A DNA stretch of 64,000 nt. It comes from Candidatus Eiseniibacteriota bacterium (GTDB taxonomy: Bacteria > Eisenbacteria > RBG-16-71-46 > JABDJR01 > JAWXBZ01). Location of the stretch: contig JAWXBZ010000235.1 in assembly GCA_034440375.1 (NCBI GenBank), positions 29,563 to 93,562 on the forward strand, written 5' to 3'. The notes below the pieces were generated by a model, which saw nothing but the letters and a program-made list of their open reading frames with translations, had not been told where the DNA came from and made no database searches. How positions within the stretch are numbered: the first letter of the stretch is position 1; every line of letters begins with the position of its first letter. The position numbers were made by a program, and so were the translations under genes. Positions 46,752 through 56,555 of this stretch are shown here, one piece after another.

Positions 46752-49205
46752 GTGATCCTGTTTCCTGTGCTGGCCCTGGCCGCAAGCCTCGCCACGGCCG
46801 GTCCGTCCCTGGCCCGCATTTTCGGATCGGACTACATTCCCATCGAGGCCCCGCGAGATGCCGATCAATACCTGAACGGCGAGTTCACCGGCGATGGGCG
46901 GGCGGATCTTCTGGGAATTGAATACGACGGATCAATGTGGCTCCTGGTCGCCCGGCGGTCCGGTGGATTCGAGGAGCCGCGCCAGCTGGAGGGTGAAAGC
47001 GAATTCGACCCGATGTCGGCGTCGGATCTGGACGGCGACGGCCTCACCGACCTCCTCGGCATGACGCGTTCGGGAAATCTCGCCGCCATTCGCCGGGCCA
47101 GGCTCGGCGGCGGATTCGAACCGGTGGAGATTCTTCCGGACACAATTCGAACCCGTTCGATGACAGCCGGCGATTTTGACCGTGACGGTCGCGTGGACGT
47201 GGCCGTCGCGGATTCGGATTCGGCCCGGATTCTGGTGCATTCGTTGGGTGACGACGGCACGTGGGAGGTGTCGATCAGCCGGCCGGTGTCCCCCCGCGCC
47301 CACGCGGTCCGAGCGGGCGACTACGACGGCGACGGTCAGAACGACCTGATGGTGCAGTTTTCGTCGTTTCAGTTTCTCGGGTTCCGTGGCGGCGTGTCCT
47401 TCCGCTCGTCACCACCGGACACGCATGCGGTGGACATCTTGTTCAGCCTTGGTCCCGACCGGTGCGTCCTGCGCGACATGGACCGGGATTCGAAGCCGGA
47501 AATGGTCCTCATCAGTGGATATGACGGAGAACTCTATGTCTGTCGTCAGGAATCCTCCGGCAGCTGGACGGTGGCGAGTCATCGATCGCTCCCGCAACAT
47601 TGGGGGGGACTGGTCGTGGCCGATATTGATGGCGATGCCTGGCCCGATGCCGCCGTCATCGACCAGTCGGGCGCCTACCTCTGGGCTTTTGACAATGACC
47701 GGGCCGGCGGCTTCCTTGACCCGCGGCCCATCCTGCTCCCCGGGCATGGACGCCGCATGGTGGTCGGATCCTGGTTTTCCGACGGGGAGGAGATTGCCGT
47801 CAGCACGACGAACGGCATCCTGGCGCTCGTCGGTCACGATCCGAACGTGCAGCCGGTGAGCAAGACGCTCCTCCAGCTGATGGGACGGGACCACGTGAAC
47901 GTGTTCCCCGCGGATCTGAACGGTGACGGTCATCTGGACCTGGTTCTCGGGCTCCTGGAATCCAACGAGACCGGCACCATCTGGGTGGCGATCGGCGATG
48001 GGCAGCGACACTTCGATCTGGTGGAACGACCAATCGGATTTCCTCCCCAGGTGATCACGGTGGCCGATGTGACCGGGGACGGTCATCCAGATCTGGTGGC
48101 CGCCTCCGGCCCCCGATCGGCCATCTGGCTCTTTGCCGGTGACGGAAAGGGTGACTTCGAACTGGGTCGCCAGATATTCGCGGGCGACATTGGTGCCAAC
48201 CTGTTCAGCAAGGCACTCATGGCCGCCGACCTAGACGACGACGGCGACATCGACCTTGCCCTTCCCGGGCCATTCGGCGAGCTCTGGGTCTTTTCAAATC
48301 CGGGAGATGGGCTGTTCGGTTCACCGGTCGTGGCGCCCGTCCGGGGATTCGTCACCGGCCTCGCGCTGGCCGACGCCGACGATCAGTCCGGACAGGAGTT
48401 ATACGTCCTCTCCTACCAACCTGGCCTCATCCAGAGTTTTCACCTGGAGCGAAATGGTCGCCTCGTTCCGCTCCGGGTCCAGGAGTCGATCAGCCGTTCC
48501 GATCGACAGACCCTGGCCGATCTGAATGGCGATTGCGTCGAGGACTTTCTGCTCCAGGTCGGTTCCGGTGATCGCGTCACGATTCAGTACGGCTACGGCC
48601 AGGGCGCTTTCGGGCCACCGGTCTTCGAACGCCTGGGACGGGAGCTGGCCTGGGCAACGGCCGGTGACACCGATCAGGATGGCCGGGATGATCTCATCGC
48701 CTATGCCGAGGGGTCGGGGATTCTTCTTGTTCGTCGTGGCGTGCCGGGCGGGCTCGGCGACACCGAGGAGTTTGCCGTCGGTGGCGCCCTGCGCGACTAC
48801 GTTCTGGTCGACCTCGATGCCGATGGCCGGCTGGATCTGATCGGCACATCGGACAATTCCTCCGATGTCCTGATCATCTGGAACGAGGGGGATCCGATCG
48901 AACCGGGTGTCGCTCCCGCGCCGCCTCGCCTTCAGCTCGCCCGGGTATCGCCGAACCCGGGTCGTGGCCAGGTGCAGCTCGACCTGGCGGGGCTCTCGCC
49001 CGGCGAGTCGGTCGAGTTGCACGTGTTCGACGTCAGCGGCCGACTTGTGTCAAGCCTCGGGCCGACGACATCGTCCGCGGAGCGACTTTGCCTGCGGTGG
49101 AACGGCCGCGGTGAGGATGGCTCGCTCGTTTCCTCCGGCGTTTACACCCTTCGCGTCCGGACAGATCGCGAACAGGTCACCACCCGGATCACCCTCCTGA
49201 GATGA
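46752..49205 (+). CDS. FG-GAP/VCBS (integrin-alpha-like beta-propeller) repeat protein with T9SS-type (Por/FlgD-Ig-like) C-terminal sorting domain
   Basis: Many D-x-D/N-G-D-G FG-GAP units (GDFDRDGRVDVAV; GDYDGDGQNDLMV; ADIDGDAWPDAAV ...). C-terminal roughly 85 aa with ...RVSPNPGRGQVQLDLAGL...LHVFDVSGRLV...SGVYTLRVRT. Start is uncertain (GTG 46752 or TTG 46704). The ORF-track start at 45597 is an artefactual extension into the M16 gene. Confidence 0.7.
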   Translation: MILFPVLALAASLATAGPSLARIFGSDYIPIEAPRDADQYLNGEFTGDGRADLLGIEYDGSMWLLVARRSGGFEEPRQLEGESEFDPMSASDLDGDGLTDLLGMTRSGNLAAIRRARLGGGFEPVEILPDTIRTRSMTAGDFDRDGRVDVAVADSDSARILVHSLGDDGTWEVSISRPVSPRAHAVRAGDYDGDGQNDLMVQFSSFQFLGFRGGVSFRSSPPDTHAVDILFSLGPDRCVLRDMDRDSKPEMVLISGYDGELYVCRQESSGSWTVASHRSLPQHWGGLVVADIDGDAWPDAAVIDQSGAYLWAFDNDRAGGFLDPRPILLPGHGRRMVVGSWFSDGEEIAVSTTNGILALVGHDPNVQPVSKTLLQLMGRDHVNVFPADLNGDGHLDLVLGLLESNETGTIWVAIGDGQRHFDLVERPIGFPPQVITVADVTGDGHPDLVAASGPRSAIWLFAGDGKGDFELGRQIFAGDIGANLFSKALMAADLDDDGDIDLALPGPFGELWVFSNPGDGLFGSPVVAPVRGFVTGLALADADDQSGQELYVLSYQPGLIQSFHLERNGRLVPLRVQESISRSDRQTLADLNGDCVEDFLLQVGSGDRVTIQYGYGQGAFGPPVFERLGRELAWATAGDTDQDGRDDLIAYAEGSGILLVRRGVPGGLGDTEEFAVGGALRDYVLVDLDADGRLDLIGTSDNSSDVLIIWNEGDPIEPGVAPAPPRLQLARVSPNPGRGQVQLDLAGLSPGESVELHVFDVSGRLVSSLGPTTSSAERLCLRWNGRGEDGSLVSSGVYTLRVRTDREQVTTRITLLR

Positions 49206-52036
49206 GCCATCGCACCCTCTCGCGGCGCCGTTCCGTCCGCCCAACGCTCCCCACGCTGCTCCTTGGCGGACTGCTGCTTGTTCCGCCGGCTTCCGCGGCC
49301 CGGCGTCTCTTCGCCGATCCGGTGCAGGTCATCCCTCAGCCGACTTCGCCGGCTCACATTCTTGCCCACACGTTTCCCGGCGGCGTCCGGCGCCTCCTGA
49401 TCACCAGCGTCCATCGCCAGGTTCAGATTCTCGACCCGACCGGGGCCAACCCCTGGCAGCCGCTCTCGGTCGTCGAGATGGACGGCGATCCCTCCGACAA
49501 CAACACGAGCTACCACTCGCGGCTCCTGCTGGCGGACGTCAACGAGGACCAGATCGACGACATGATCCTTGACGGCCGGCCGATCTTCGTGGCGCCGGGT
49601 CGGCCCGACGGCACCTACGCGGCGCCATTCTCCTGGGAGATGCCGGGCGAGGGGCGGGAACTATTCGTGCAGGATGTCGACGGCGACGGCCATGTCGACC
49701 TCGTGCGCCCCAACTACGGCAACCGCCTGGTCATTGTCCGCGCCGGGCGTGGCGACGGTCGGTTCAACCCGGTCGCGTACGGGATTTCCGTTCCCTCCGA
49801 GTCCTTCCTGTTGGCCGCCGACATGACCAGTGACGGTCTGATCGACCTGCTTCGAATTGGCGGGGATCGCGATTCGCTTTTCCTCGTCCGCTATGTCGCC
49901 GATGGTGCCGGTGGATTCGAGCGCACCGTGACCAGCCCGCTCTCCTCGGATATCGATCAGGTGGTGGGCCTGGGGCGGATGGACGGTGATGACGAACCGG
50001 ACCTTGTCACGGCCGAATATACCTATGACTACACACTCCCGGACACGATCCCGAGTCCGTTCCCGATTCCAAGAGCGGGGATGTTCAGCCTCTCCGTTCA
50101 TCCCGGGCTCGGGGATGGCCATTTTGCCGACCCGCTGGAGTCAGTCGCCTCGGAGCGGGCGGATTACTGGATGCTGTTCGATCTCGATGGTGACGGTCGG
50201 CTGGACGTGATCGCCCACGACGACGGCCACCTGTGGATGCATCGGAATGGCGGCGACGGCACGCTGGAACCGCGCGTCGACCTGGCCATGACCACCGGAT
50301 CCGGCGTCCCGCACTTTCAGGATTTCGACGGTGACGGACGAGACGACATCCTGGTGACCGGCCCGGGGTCGCTCCGGCTGGTGACGCGGGCGGACATCGA
50401 TCGATTCCCTGTTCCCCCAACCCTGGAGGTGCCGTTCGAAAACGACCGGCCGCTGCTGGTCGATCTGGATGGCGATGGAAGGCTCGACCTGGTCGGTGTC
50501 GGCCAGCCATACCGGGAAGGTGTGACGGTGTTCACCCGACCTGGCCTTTCGGGCGGATCGTTCGGCGCGATCCGAACCATGACGTTTCCCCAGATTCCGG
50601 AGCGCCCGTCAAACCTTCGGGCCGTCGATCTCGATGGCGACGGTGACCTGGACCTCTTCGGCACCTCCGGCTTCCTGGAATCGACGGCCGTGATCTTCGA
50701 AAACGATGGGTCCGCGGGGTTCACGGCCGGGCCCCCGATGCCCCTCGGACATCGAGCGCAGTTCAACCGACTCGTCGGTGTCGATGGCGACGGAATGAAC
50801 GAATTGCTAAGCGGGTCGTCGCGCTACGTTTTCGGCGAGAGTGACAGCACCTTTCTCAATATTCTCCGCGTCTCGACGACGGGTCCGGTGACGCAATTGT
50901 GGCGTGTCGCGATCGCCGGTCGGCTGGAAGGTTTCCTGCCCGCGGATGTCGACAACGATGGCCGGTCCGAGCTCATCGCCTGGTCCGGTTTTTATCGGGA
51001 ATCCGGCCTGCGCATCCTCCACCGCCGGGAGGGATTTTCATACCAGGCGGGTCCGCTCGAGCCGCTCCCGGATTATCCCGATTACATCCTTCCCGGGGAC
51101 TGGCTCCCGGAGCCCGGACTCGAACTGGTGGTGTCGGGTTTCCGCTACCTGTCCATCATGGCCCGGGATGCCGGTGGTGCCTGGACGATCCGGCAAATAT
51201 TGTCAGATCGATCGCCCGGGAGGACCGAATCCATACCCGACATGAATGGCGACGGGCGAGCGGAACTCAGCCTACATGGCAGCTCCAGCAGCTCACCCCT
51301 CACGCTCTACCTGAGCAATGACGTGACCGGTTTCGCGGACGGCATCGAGGTGCCGTTCGCTTCGAGCGGTGGGATTTCGACCCTTGCCGACATTGACGCC
51401 GATGGTCAGCCCGATCTCATCTATTACGAATCCGACACGCGGCTGGCCATTCGTTACGGCTTGCCGGTTGTGTCGCGCCCGGCGGTGGCCCTGACGGCCC
51501 TGGCCGATGACTGGTCGGTGATTCTCGACTGGACACTCTCGAATCCGCCCGCCGGGGAGGCCGAGATCTGGCGCGTCCCGGTCGGCACCACGACGGAATT
51601 GGAGGTGCGGCTCGATCCGGTTGCCCCCGTCACGACCGCCGGGCAGTTCACCGATAGCTCCATCCGGACCGCCGGCCGTTACCGCTATCGACTCGTTCAC
51701 CGCGATCCGGACGGGTATGGTCAGACACTCGGCGCCATCGAGGTGGAGGTGCAACCTGATCCGGGTCCACTTCGTCTCCTGTCGGTCCGGGCCAGCCCGG
51801 GGCCGGGGCCGTTTCGGTTGACCTACGAGGTCCGCGCGACGACCCGGGCCATGCTGGAAATATTCGCCGTCACCGGCCGTCGGATCGTGACACACGATCT
51901 CGGAATTCTTCCTCCCTCGCGCGGCGAGGTGGAGTGGAACGGGCGGGGCGATGACGGTCGCCCGGTCGCCTCGGGGATTTATTTCGCACGGCTGGCCCGA
52001 ACGTCCAGGGCGCTGCGGCTGGTTGTCCTGCGCTGA
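49202..52036 (+). CDS. Second FG-GAP/VCBS repeat protein with signal peptide and T9SS-type C-terminal sorting domain
   Basis: ATGA overlap with the previous gene. Signal MSHRTLSRRRSVRPTLPTLLLGGLLLVPPASAA. FG-GAP units (DVDGDGHVDLV; DLDGDGRLDVIA; VDLDGDGDLDLF ...). C-terminal ...RASPGPGPFRLTYEV...LEIFAVTGRRIV...SGIYFARL. Confidence 0.75.
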   Translation: MSHRTLSRRRSVRPTLPTLLLGGLLLVPPASAARRLFADPVQVIPQPTSPAHILAHTFPGGVRRLLITSVHRQVQILDPTGANPWQPLSVVEMDGDPSDNNTSYHSRLLLADVNEDQIDDMILDGRPIFVAPGRPDGTYAAPFSWEMPGEGRELFVQDVDGDGHVDLVRPNYGNRLVIVRAGRGDGRFNPVAYGISVPSESFLLAADMTSDGLIDLLRIGGDRDSLFLVRYVADGAGGFERTVTSPLSSDIDQVVGLGRMDGDDEPDLVTAEYTYDYTLPDTIPSPFPIPRAGMFSLSVHPGLGDGHFADPLESVASERADYWMLFDLDGDGRLDVIAHDDGHLWMHRNGGDGTLEPRVDLAMTTGSGVPHFQDFDGDGRDDILVTGPGSLRLVTRADIDRFPVPPTLEVPFENDRPLLVDLDGDGRLDLVGVGQPYREGVTVFTRPGLSGGSFGAIRTMTFPQIPERPSNLRAVDLDGDGDLDLFGTSGFLESTAVIFENDGSAGFTAGPPMPLGHRAQFNRLVGVDGDGMNELLSGSSRYVFGESDSTFLNILRVSTTGPVTQLWRVAIAGRLEGFLPADVDNDGRSELIAWSGFYRESGLRILHRREGFSYQAGPLEPLPDYPDYILPGDWLPEPGLELVVSGFRYLSIMARDAGGAWTIRQILSDRSPGRTESIPDMNGDGRAELSLHGSSSSSPLTLYLSNDVTGFADGIEVPFASSGGISTLADIDADGQPDLIYYESDTRLAIRYGLPVVSRPAVALTALADDWSVILDWTLSNPPAGEAEIWRVPVGTTTELEVRLDPVAPVTTAGQFTDSSIRTAGRYRYRLVHRDPDGYGQTLGAIEVEVQPDPGPLRLLSVRASPGPGPFRLTYEVRATTRAMLEIFAVTGRRIVTHDLGILPPSRGEVEWNGRGDDGRPVASGIYFARLARTSRALRLVVLR

Positions 52037-52144
52037 TTCGCCCGGCCGCCGCCGTGCCCGAACGGACTCAACCCGGCCCACTTGGCGACCCACTCCCAAC
52101 CACGTAACCTTCCGCCTTCCAATTCCCCGGAGGATGGGTCCCGA

Positions 52145-54703
52145 ATGATGCTGAATCGCACCTGTTGCCCGTTGTCTCTCGGCCGCTGGATTCTGGCCGG
52201 CCTGGCCGTCGTTGTTCTCCAGACCCCCGCGCTCGCCGCCGACGTCGCCCCGCGCCCACCCCTGAATGCCGCCGAGATCGACATGGCCTTGAAGCGGTTG
52301 TCGGTGGTCGGTACGGCGCTTTACGTGGCGGCGCATCCCGATGATGAGAACACGGCCATGCTCACCTGGCTCGAGAACGTGAAGGGGGTGCGGGCGGCGT
52401 ACATCTCCATGACGCGGGGCGATGGCGGGCAGAACCTGATCGGCAACGAAAAGGGAGATCTGCTCGGCCTGATCCGGACGCAGGAACTCCTGGCGGCCCG
52501 GCGGATCGACGGGGCCGAGCAGTTCTTTACGCGGGCCATCGACTTCGGCTATTCGAAAACTCCGGAGGAGACGCTTGATTTCTGGGGCCGCGAGATCGTT
52601 CTGGCCGATCTGGTGCGGACGATCCGGCTGTTGCGCCCGGACATCGTCATCAATCGATTCCCGACAACAGGCGAGGGGGGGCACGGTCATCACACGGCCT
52701 CCGCCATCCTGTCCGTTGAAGCATTCGAGGCAGCCGGCGATCCCGGCCGGTTTCCCGAGCAGGTGGCGCGGTACGGCACCTGGACGCCGAAGCGGGCCTT
52801 CTTCAACTGGTTCACCTGGACGGGGCCACCCGATTCGGCCACCGCGCGTGAACTGGTCCAGGTGGATGTGGGCGACTACGCGCCGCTGCTTGGCAAGTCC
52901 TCCAACGAACTCGCCGCCGACAGCCGCAGCATGCACAAGAGCCAGGGGTTCGGCTCGGCGGAGCGGCGCGGCCATCAGCTCAACTATTTCCGCGTGGTGG
53001 CCGGGGATACGACAACTACGGATCCTTTCGAAGGAATCGATCTCTCGTGGAATCGCGTGGCCGGCGGCAAACGAATCGGATCGATGATCGAATCGATCCG
53101 GGACGATTTCGATCCGCGGAGCCCGTCGGCCAGCCTTCCGGCGTTGGCAAGCCTTTACGGGGCCATAGCCAGCCTCCCCGATGCGGGCGGGCGAACCGGC
53201 AACGCGGAAACGATTGCCCGAAAGCTGGGCGACCTGCGCGAAATCATCCGTTCCTGCGCCGGACTCTGGCTCGAGGCGGTGTCCGTGGAGGTGGCAGTTT
53301 CAGGCGGGGATTCGCTTCACGTCACGGCCACCGCGGTCAATCGAAGCGCCGGATCCATTCAGTTCACCCGGGCCACGCTGGACCTCGCCGGGCACCCATC
53401 GGTGGTTCGAATCGAATCCGGCCGTCCGCTGGCCGACAACACGCCAATCTCGCTGCCCATGGGCCTCGTGATCCCGAACGACATCGACTGGACGGCAACG
53501 CAACCCTACTGGTTGCGGAAGCCGCACGAGCGCGGTTCCCATGTTCTGGATGACACCTCGATCCTGAATCACCCCGACAACGATCCGGTGGCGGTCATGC
53601 ATTTCGAGATGGTCGTGTCGGGGCAGCCGATGACCTGGGACGTGCCGGTCGTGAACCGCGCCGTCGATCGGGTGAAGGGAGAGTTGTACCGACCACTGGC
53701 TGTCGTGCCGCCGGTCACCGCCCATCTCGATCAGCAGGTCTATCTCTTTGCCGATCGGCAGCCGCGGCCGGTCACGGTGACGGTGACATCCCGCCGCACC
53801 GGAAACGGCACGGTTCAGCTCGAAATGCCCGACGGTTGGAGCGTCAACCCGGCTTCGGCACCGCTCCGGCTGACTGCCGCCGGCCCGCCGGTGCCGGTGA
53901 CCTTCCAGGTGACGCCGCCTGTGGCGACCTCGCCGGCCACCCCTCCGGTCATGACCGCGCGGGTCGATCTGGACGGCACGTCATACCGGCAGGACCAGGT
54001 CACGATCGAGTACGACCACCTGCCACGACAGACGGTCTTTCCAGGGGCGGAGGCCAAAGTGGTGCGCCTGGATCTGGCCACTCGTGGTCAGAAGATCGGC
54101 TATGTCATGGGCCCGGGTGATGAGATCCCGCCGGTCCTGACGCAGGCCGGCTACCGTGTCGACCTGCTCACGGACGCCGATCTCAATGCCGCGCGCCTCG
54201 CGGCCTACGACGCGGTCGTCATCGGCATCCGGGCCTACAACTCGCGCGACGGGCTGAAGCGACGCAATGGCCAGATTCTCCAGTATGCCGAGGCGGGCGG
54301 TACGGTCATCGTCCAGTACAACACGGCCGATAACACCTTTCACCGGGAGTTTGCGCCCTTTCCGCTGAAGCTCGGTCGCGATCGCGTCACGGTGGAAGAG
54401 GCGCCGATCACGCTACTCGAACCGGAAAATTCATTGCTGACCACGCCCAACCGGATCGCCGCGTCGGACTTCGACGGCTGGGTGCAGGAGCGCGGCCTCT
54501 ACTTCGCCTCCGAGTGGGATCCGAAGTTCACGCCGCTCCTCTCCAGCAACGATCCGGGTGAACCGGAGCGGAAGGGGGGGCTGCTCGCGGCGCGAACCGG
54601 CAAGGGAATGTTCATCTACACCGGCTACGCCTTTTTCCGGCAGCTGCCGGCCGGGAATCCGGGCGCCATCCGGCTCTTCGTCAATCTCGTCTCGGCCGAA
54701 TGA
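52145..54703 (+). CDS. Large PIG-L/LmbE-family deacetylase with signal peptide and C-terminal class I glutamine-amidotransferase-like (ThuA-like) domain
   Basis: LmbE motif (AHPDDENTAMLTWLEN...HTASAILSVEAFEAAGD). Signal MMLNRTCCPLSLGRWILAGLAVVVLQTPALAA. C-terminal GYVMGPGDEIPPVLTQAGYRVDLL...YDAVVIGIRAY (GATase1/ThuA-like). Confidence 0.7.
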   Translation: MMLNRTCCPLSLGRWILAGLAVVVLQTPALAADVAPRPPLNAAEIDMALKRLSVVGTALYVAAHPDDENTAMLTWLENVKGVRAAYISMTRGDGGQNLIGNEKGDLLGLIRTQELLAARRIDGAEQFFTRAIDFGYSKTPEETLDFWGREIVLADLVRTIRLLRPDIVINRFPTTGEGGHGHHTASAILSVEAFEAAGDPGRFPEQVARYGTWTPKRAFFNWFTWTGPPDSATARELVQVDVGDYAPLLGKSSNELAADSRSMHKSQGFGSAERRGHQLNYFRVVAGDTTTTDPFEGIDLSWNRVAGGKRIGSMIESIRDDFDPRSPSASLPALASLYGAIASLPDAGGRTGNAETIARKLGDLREIIRSCAGLWLEAVSVEVAVSGGDSLHVTATAVNRSAGSIQFTRATLDLAGHPSVVRIESGRPLADNTPISLPMGLVIPNDIDWTATQPYWLRKPHERGSHVLDDTSILNHPDNDPVAVMHFEMVVSGQPMTWDVPVVNRAVDRVKGELYRPLAVVPPVTAHLDQQVYLFADRQPRPVTVTVTSRRTGNGTVQLEMPDGWSVNPASAPLRLTAAGPPVPVTFQVTPPVATSPATPPVMTARVDLDGTSYRQDQVTIEYDHLPRQTVFPGAEAKVVRLDLATRGQKIGYVMGPGDEIPPVLTQAGYRVDLLTDADLNAARLAAYDAVVIGIRAYNSRDGLKRRNGQILQYAEAGGTVIVQYNTADNTFHREFAPFPLKLGRDRVTVEEAPITLLEPENSLLTTPNRIAASDFDGWVQERGLYFASEWDPKFTPLLSSNDPGEPERKGGLLAARTGKGMFIYTGYAFFRQLPAGNPGAIRLFVNLVSAE

Positions 54704-54846
54704 ACGGGCGTCCGGACGGCGAACGCCGCGTTGAAGACGAGCCGCCACCGCCCGGCGGCAGCTGGAATCGCCTCTACGCGGTGGTCATCGGCTTTCTCAT
54801 CCTGCAGATCATCGCCTACTGGCTCTTCACGAGGGCCTTTTCGTGA
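54700..54846 (+). CDS. Small (48 aa) single-TM membrane protein overlapping the start of the SSF symporter; likely a symporter-associated small subunit (YhdT/DUF3311/DUF4212-like arrangement); not in the ORF track
   Basis: ATG 54700 overlaps the PIG-L stop (ATGA). Translation MNGRPDGERRVEDEPPPPGGSWNRLYAVVIGFLILQIIAYWLFTRAFS. High GC3. TGA 54844-54846 abuts the symporter start. Confidence 0.45.
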   Translation: MNGRPDGERRVEDEPPPPGGSWNRLYAVVIGFLILQIIAYWLFTRAFS

Positions 54847-54848
54847 GG

Positions 54849-56552
54849 ATGCTGGACTGGTTCGTCCTGATCAGCTTTCTGGTGGGGATGGTCGTGTACG
54901 GCCTCTGGAGGGGGCGACGCCAGTCGAGCCTCGACGGCTACCTGCTGTCCGACCGCGACATGCGCTGGACGACGGTCTGCCTGTCGATCATGGCCACGCA
55001 GGCCAGTGCCATCACGTTTCTCTCCACGCCGGGGCAGGCTTATGTGGACGGAATGCGTTTCGTGCAGTTCTATTTCGGGCTACCCCTGGCGATGATCGTT
55101 CTCAGCATCACTGCCGTGCCGATCTTCCATCGGCTCAAGGTGTACACGGCCTACGAGTACCTGGAGGGGCGCTTCGATCTGAAGACACGGACGCTGGCGG
55201 CCGGACTTTTCCTGATCCAGCGCGGACTCGCCTGCGGACTCACGATCTACGCCCCGGCGCTGATCCTGTCCGTGCTGCTCGGTTGGAGCCTCTTCTGGAC
55301 CAACATTGCCCTCGGGGTGCTGGTGGTCATCTACACCGCCTCCGGCGGCACCCGGGCCGTCAACCATACCAACTCGCTGCAGATGATCATGATCCTGTTC
55401 GGCGTCCTGGCCGTACTCATCCTGACCATCATCCGGCTGCCGCCCGGCATGTCGGTGGGGGATGCCGTCTGGATGGCCGGCACGATGGGAAAGCTCAACG
55501 CGATCGACACGTCGTTCGACTGGAACAGCCGTTACAACCTCTGGTCCGGCCTGATCGGCGGCTTTTTCCTGGCGCTCTCCTACTTCGGCACGGACCAGAG
55601 CCAGGTGGGACGCTACCTTTCCGGCCAATCGATCACCCAGAGCCGGCTTGGTCTTCTGGCCAACGGCATGGTGAAAGTGCCGATGCAGTTTGTCATCCTG
55701 TTTTCCGGTGCCATGGTTTTCGTCTTCTATCTCTTCACGCCGCCGCCGGTCTTCTTCAACTCGCTTTCGGTGGATCGGGTCAGGAGTTCCGCGCACGCCA
55801 GTGAATTTGCCGCTGCCGAGCGAGAGTACGGCGTCGCGCACGCCGAACGCCGCGAGGCGCTGGAAGAACTGTCGAACCTTCGTCACGCCCCACCAAGCCA
55901 GCCGATGCTGGCCGACACGCAAACTGACTTGAATGAGCGCGTCACCAGCGCGGACCAGCGGGCCGGAGCGGCCCGTGGCAAGGCCATCGACGCCATCCAG
56001 GCCGCGGATCCCGGGGCGGAACGGCGCGACGTCAATTACATCTTCCTGACGTTTGTCCTGAACCACCTGCCGATCGGCTTCATCGGCCTGGTACTGGCGT
56101 GCGTCTTCGCGGCATCGATGTCATCGACGGCCGCGGAGTTGAATGCTCTCGCTTCGACGACGGTGGTCGACTTCTACCGCCGGAGCATCAAGCCGAATGC
56201 CGGGGACAGGGAGCTGGTCCGGGTCTCGAAACTTTCGACACTGATGTGGGGCGGCTTCGCCATTCTCTTCGCCGAGTTTGCCAGCAAGCTGGGGAGCCTG
56301 ATCGAGGCGGTCAACATCCTCGGCAGCCTTTTTTACGGCACGATCCTCGGCATCTTTCTGCTGGCGTTTTACGTTAAGCGGACCGGTGGAACGGCGGTCT
56401 TCGTGGGGGCGTTGATCGGGGAGGCGGTGGTGGTGGGCTTCTTTGCGTTCTCGAAGATTTCATTTCTCTGGTACAACGTGATCGGCTGCCTGGTCACAAT
56501 GGCGGCGGCGTGGATCCTGTCGTGGATCCCCGCCACCGCCAGAAAAACCTGA
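54849..56552 (+). CDS. Sodium:solute symporter family (SSF) transporter
   Basis: About 13 TM helices. SSF signatures (YLLSDRDMRWTTVCLSIMATQASAITFLSTPGQAY...GGTRAVNHTNSLQMI). Start is GTG 54843 or ATG 54849. Confidence 0.8.
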   Translation: MLDWFVLISFLVGMVVYGLWRGRRQSSLDGYLLSDRDMRWTTVCLSIMATQASAITFLSTPGQAYVDGMRFVQFYFGLPLAMIVLSITAVPIFHRLKVYTAYEYLEGRFDLKTRTLAAGLFLIQRGLACGLTIYAPALILSVLLGWSLFWTNIALGVLVVIYTASGGTRAVNHTNSLQMIMILFGVLAVLILTIIRLPPGMSVGDAVWMAGTMGKLNAIDTSFDWNSRYNLWSGLIGGFFLALSYFGTDQSQVGRYLSGQSITQSRLGLLANGMVKVPMQFVILFSGAMVFVFYLFTPPPVFFNSLSVDRVRSSAHASEFAAAEREYGVAHAERREALEELSNLRHAPPSQPMLADTQTDLNERVTSADQRAGAARGKAIDAIQAADPGAERRDVNYIFLTFVLNHLPIGFIGLVLACVFAASMSSTAAELNALASTTVVDFYRRSIKPNAGDRELVRVSKLSTLMWGGFAILFAEFASKLGSLIEAVNILGSLFYGTILGIFLLAFYVKRTGGTAVFVGALIGEAVVVGFFAFSKISFLWYNVIGCLVTMAAAWILSWIPATARKT

Positions 56553-56555
56553 TTC

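Noticed and set aside
51293-52975. 560-aa minus-strand ORF
   Set aside because: Antisense to the well-supported FG-GAP and PIG-L genes and without recognisable domains. Long antisense ORFs like this are common spurious calls in high-GC DNA.
54731-55804. 357-aa plus-strand ORF
   Set aside because: Alternative frame over the SSF symporter. Arg/Pro-rich junk translation.
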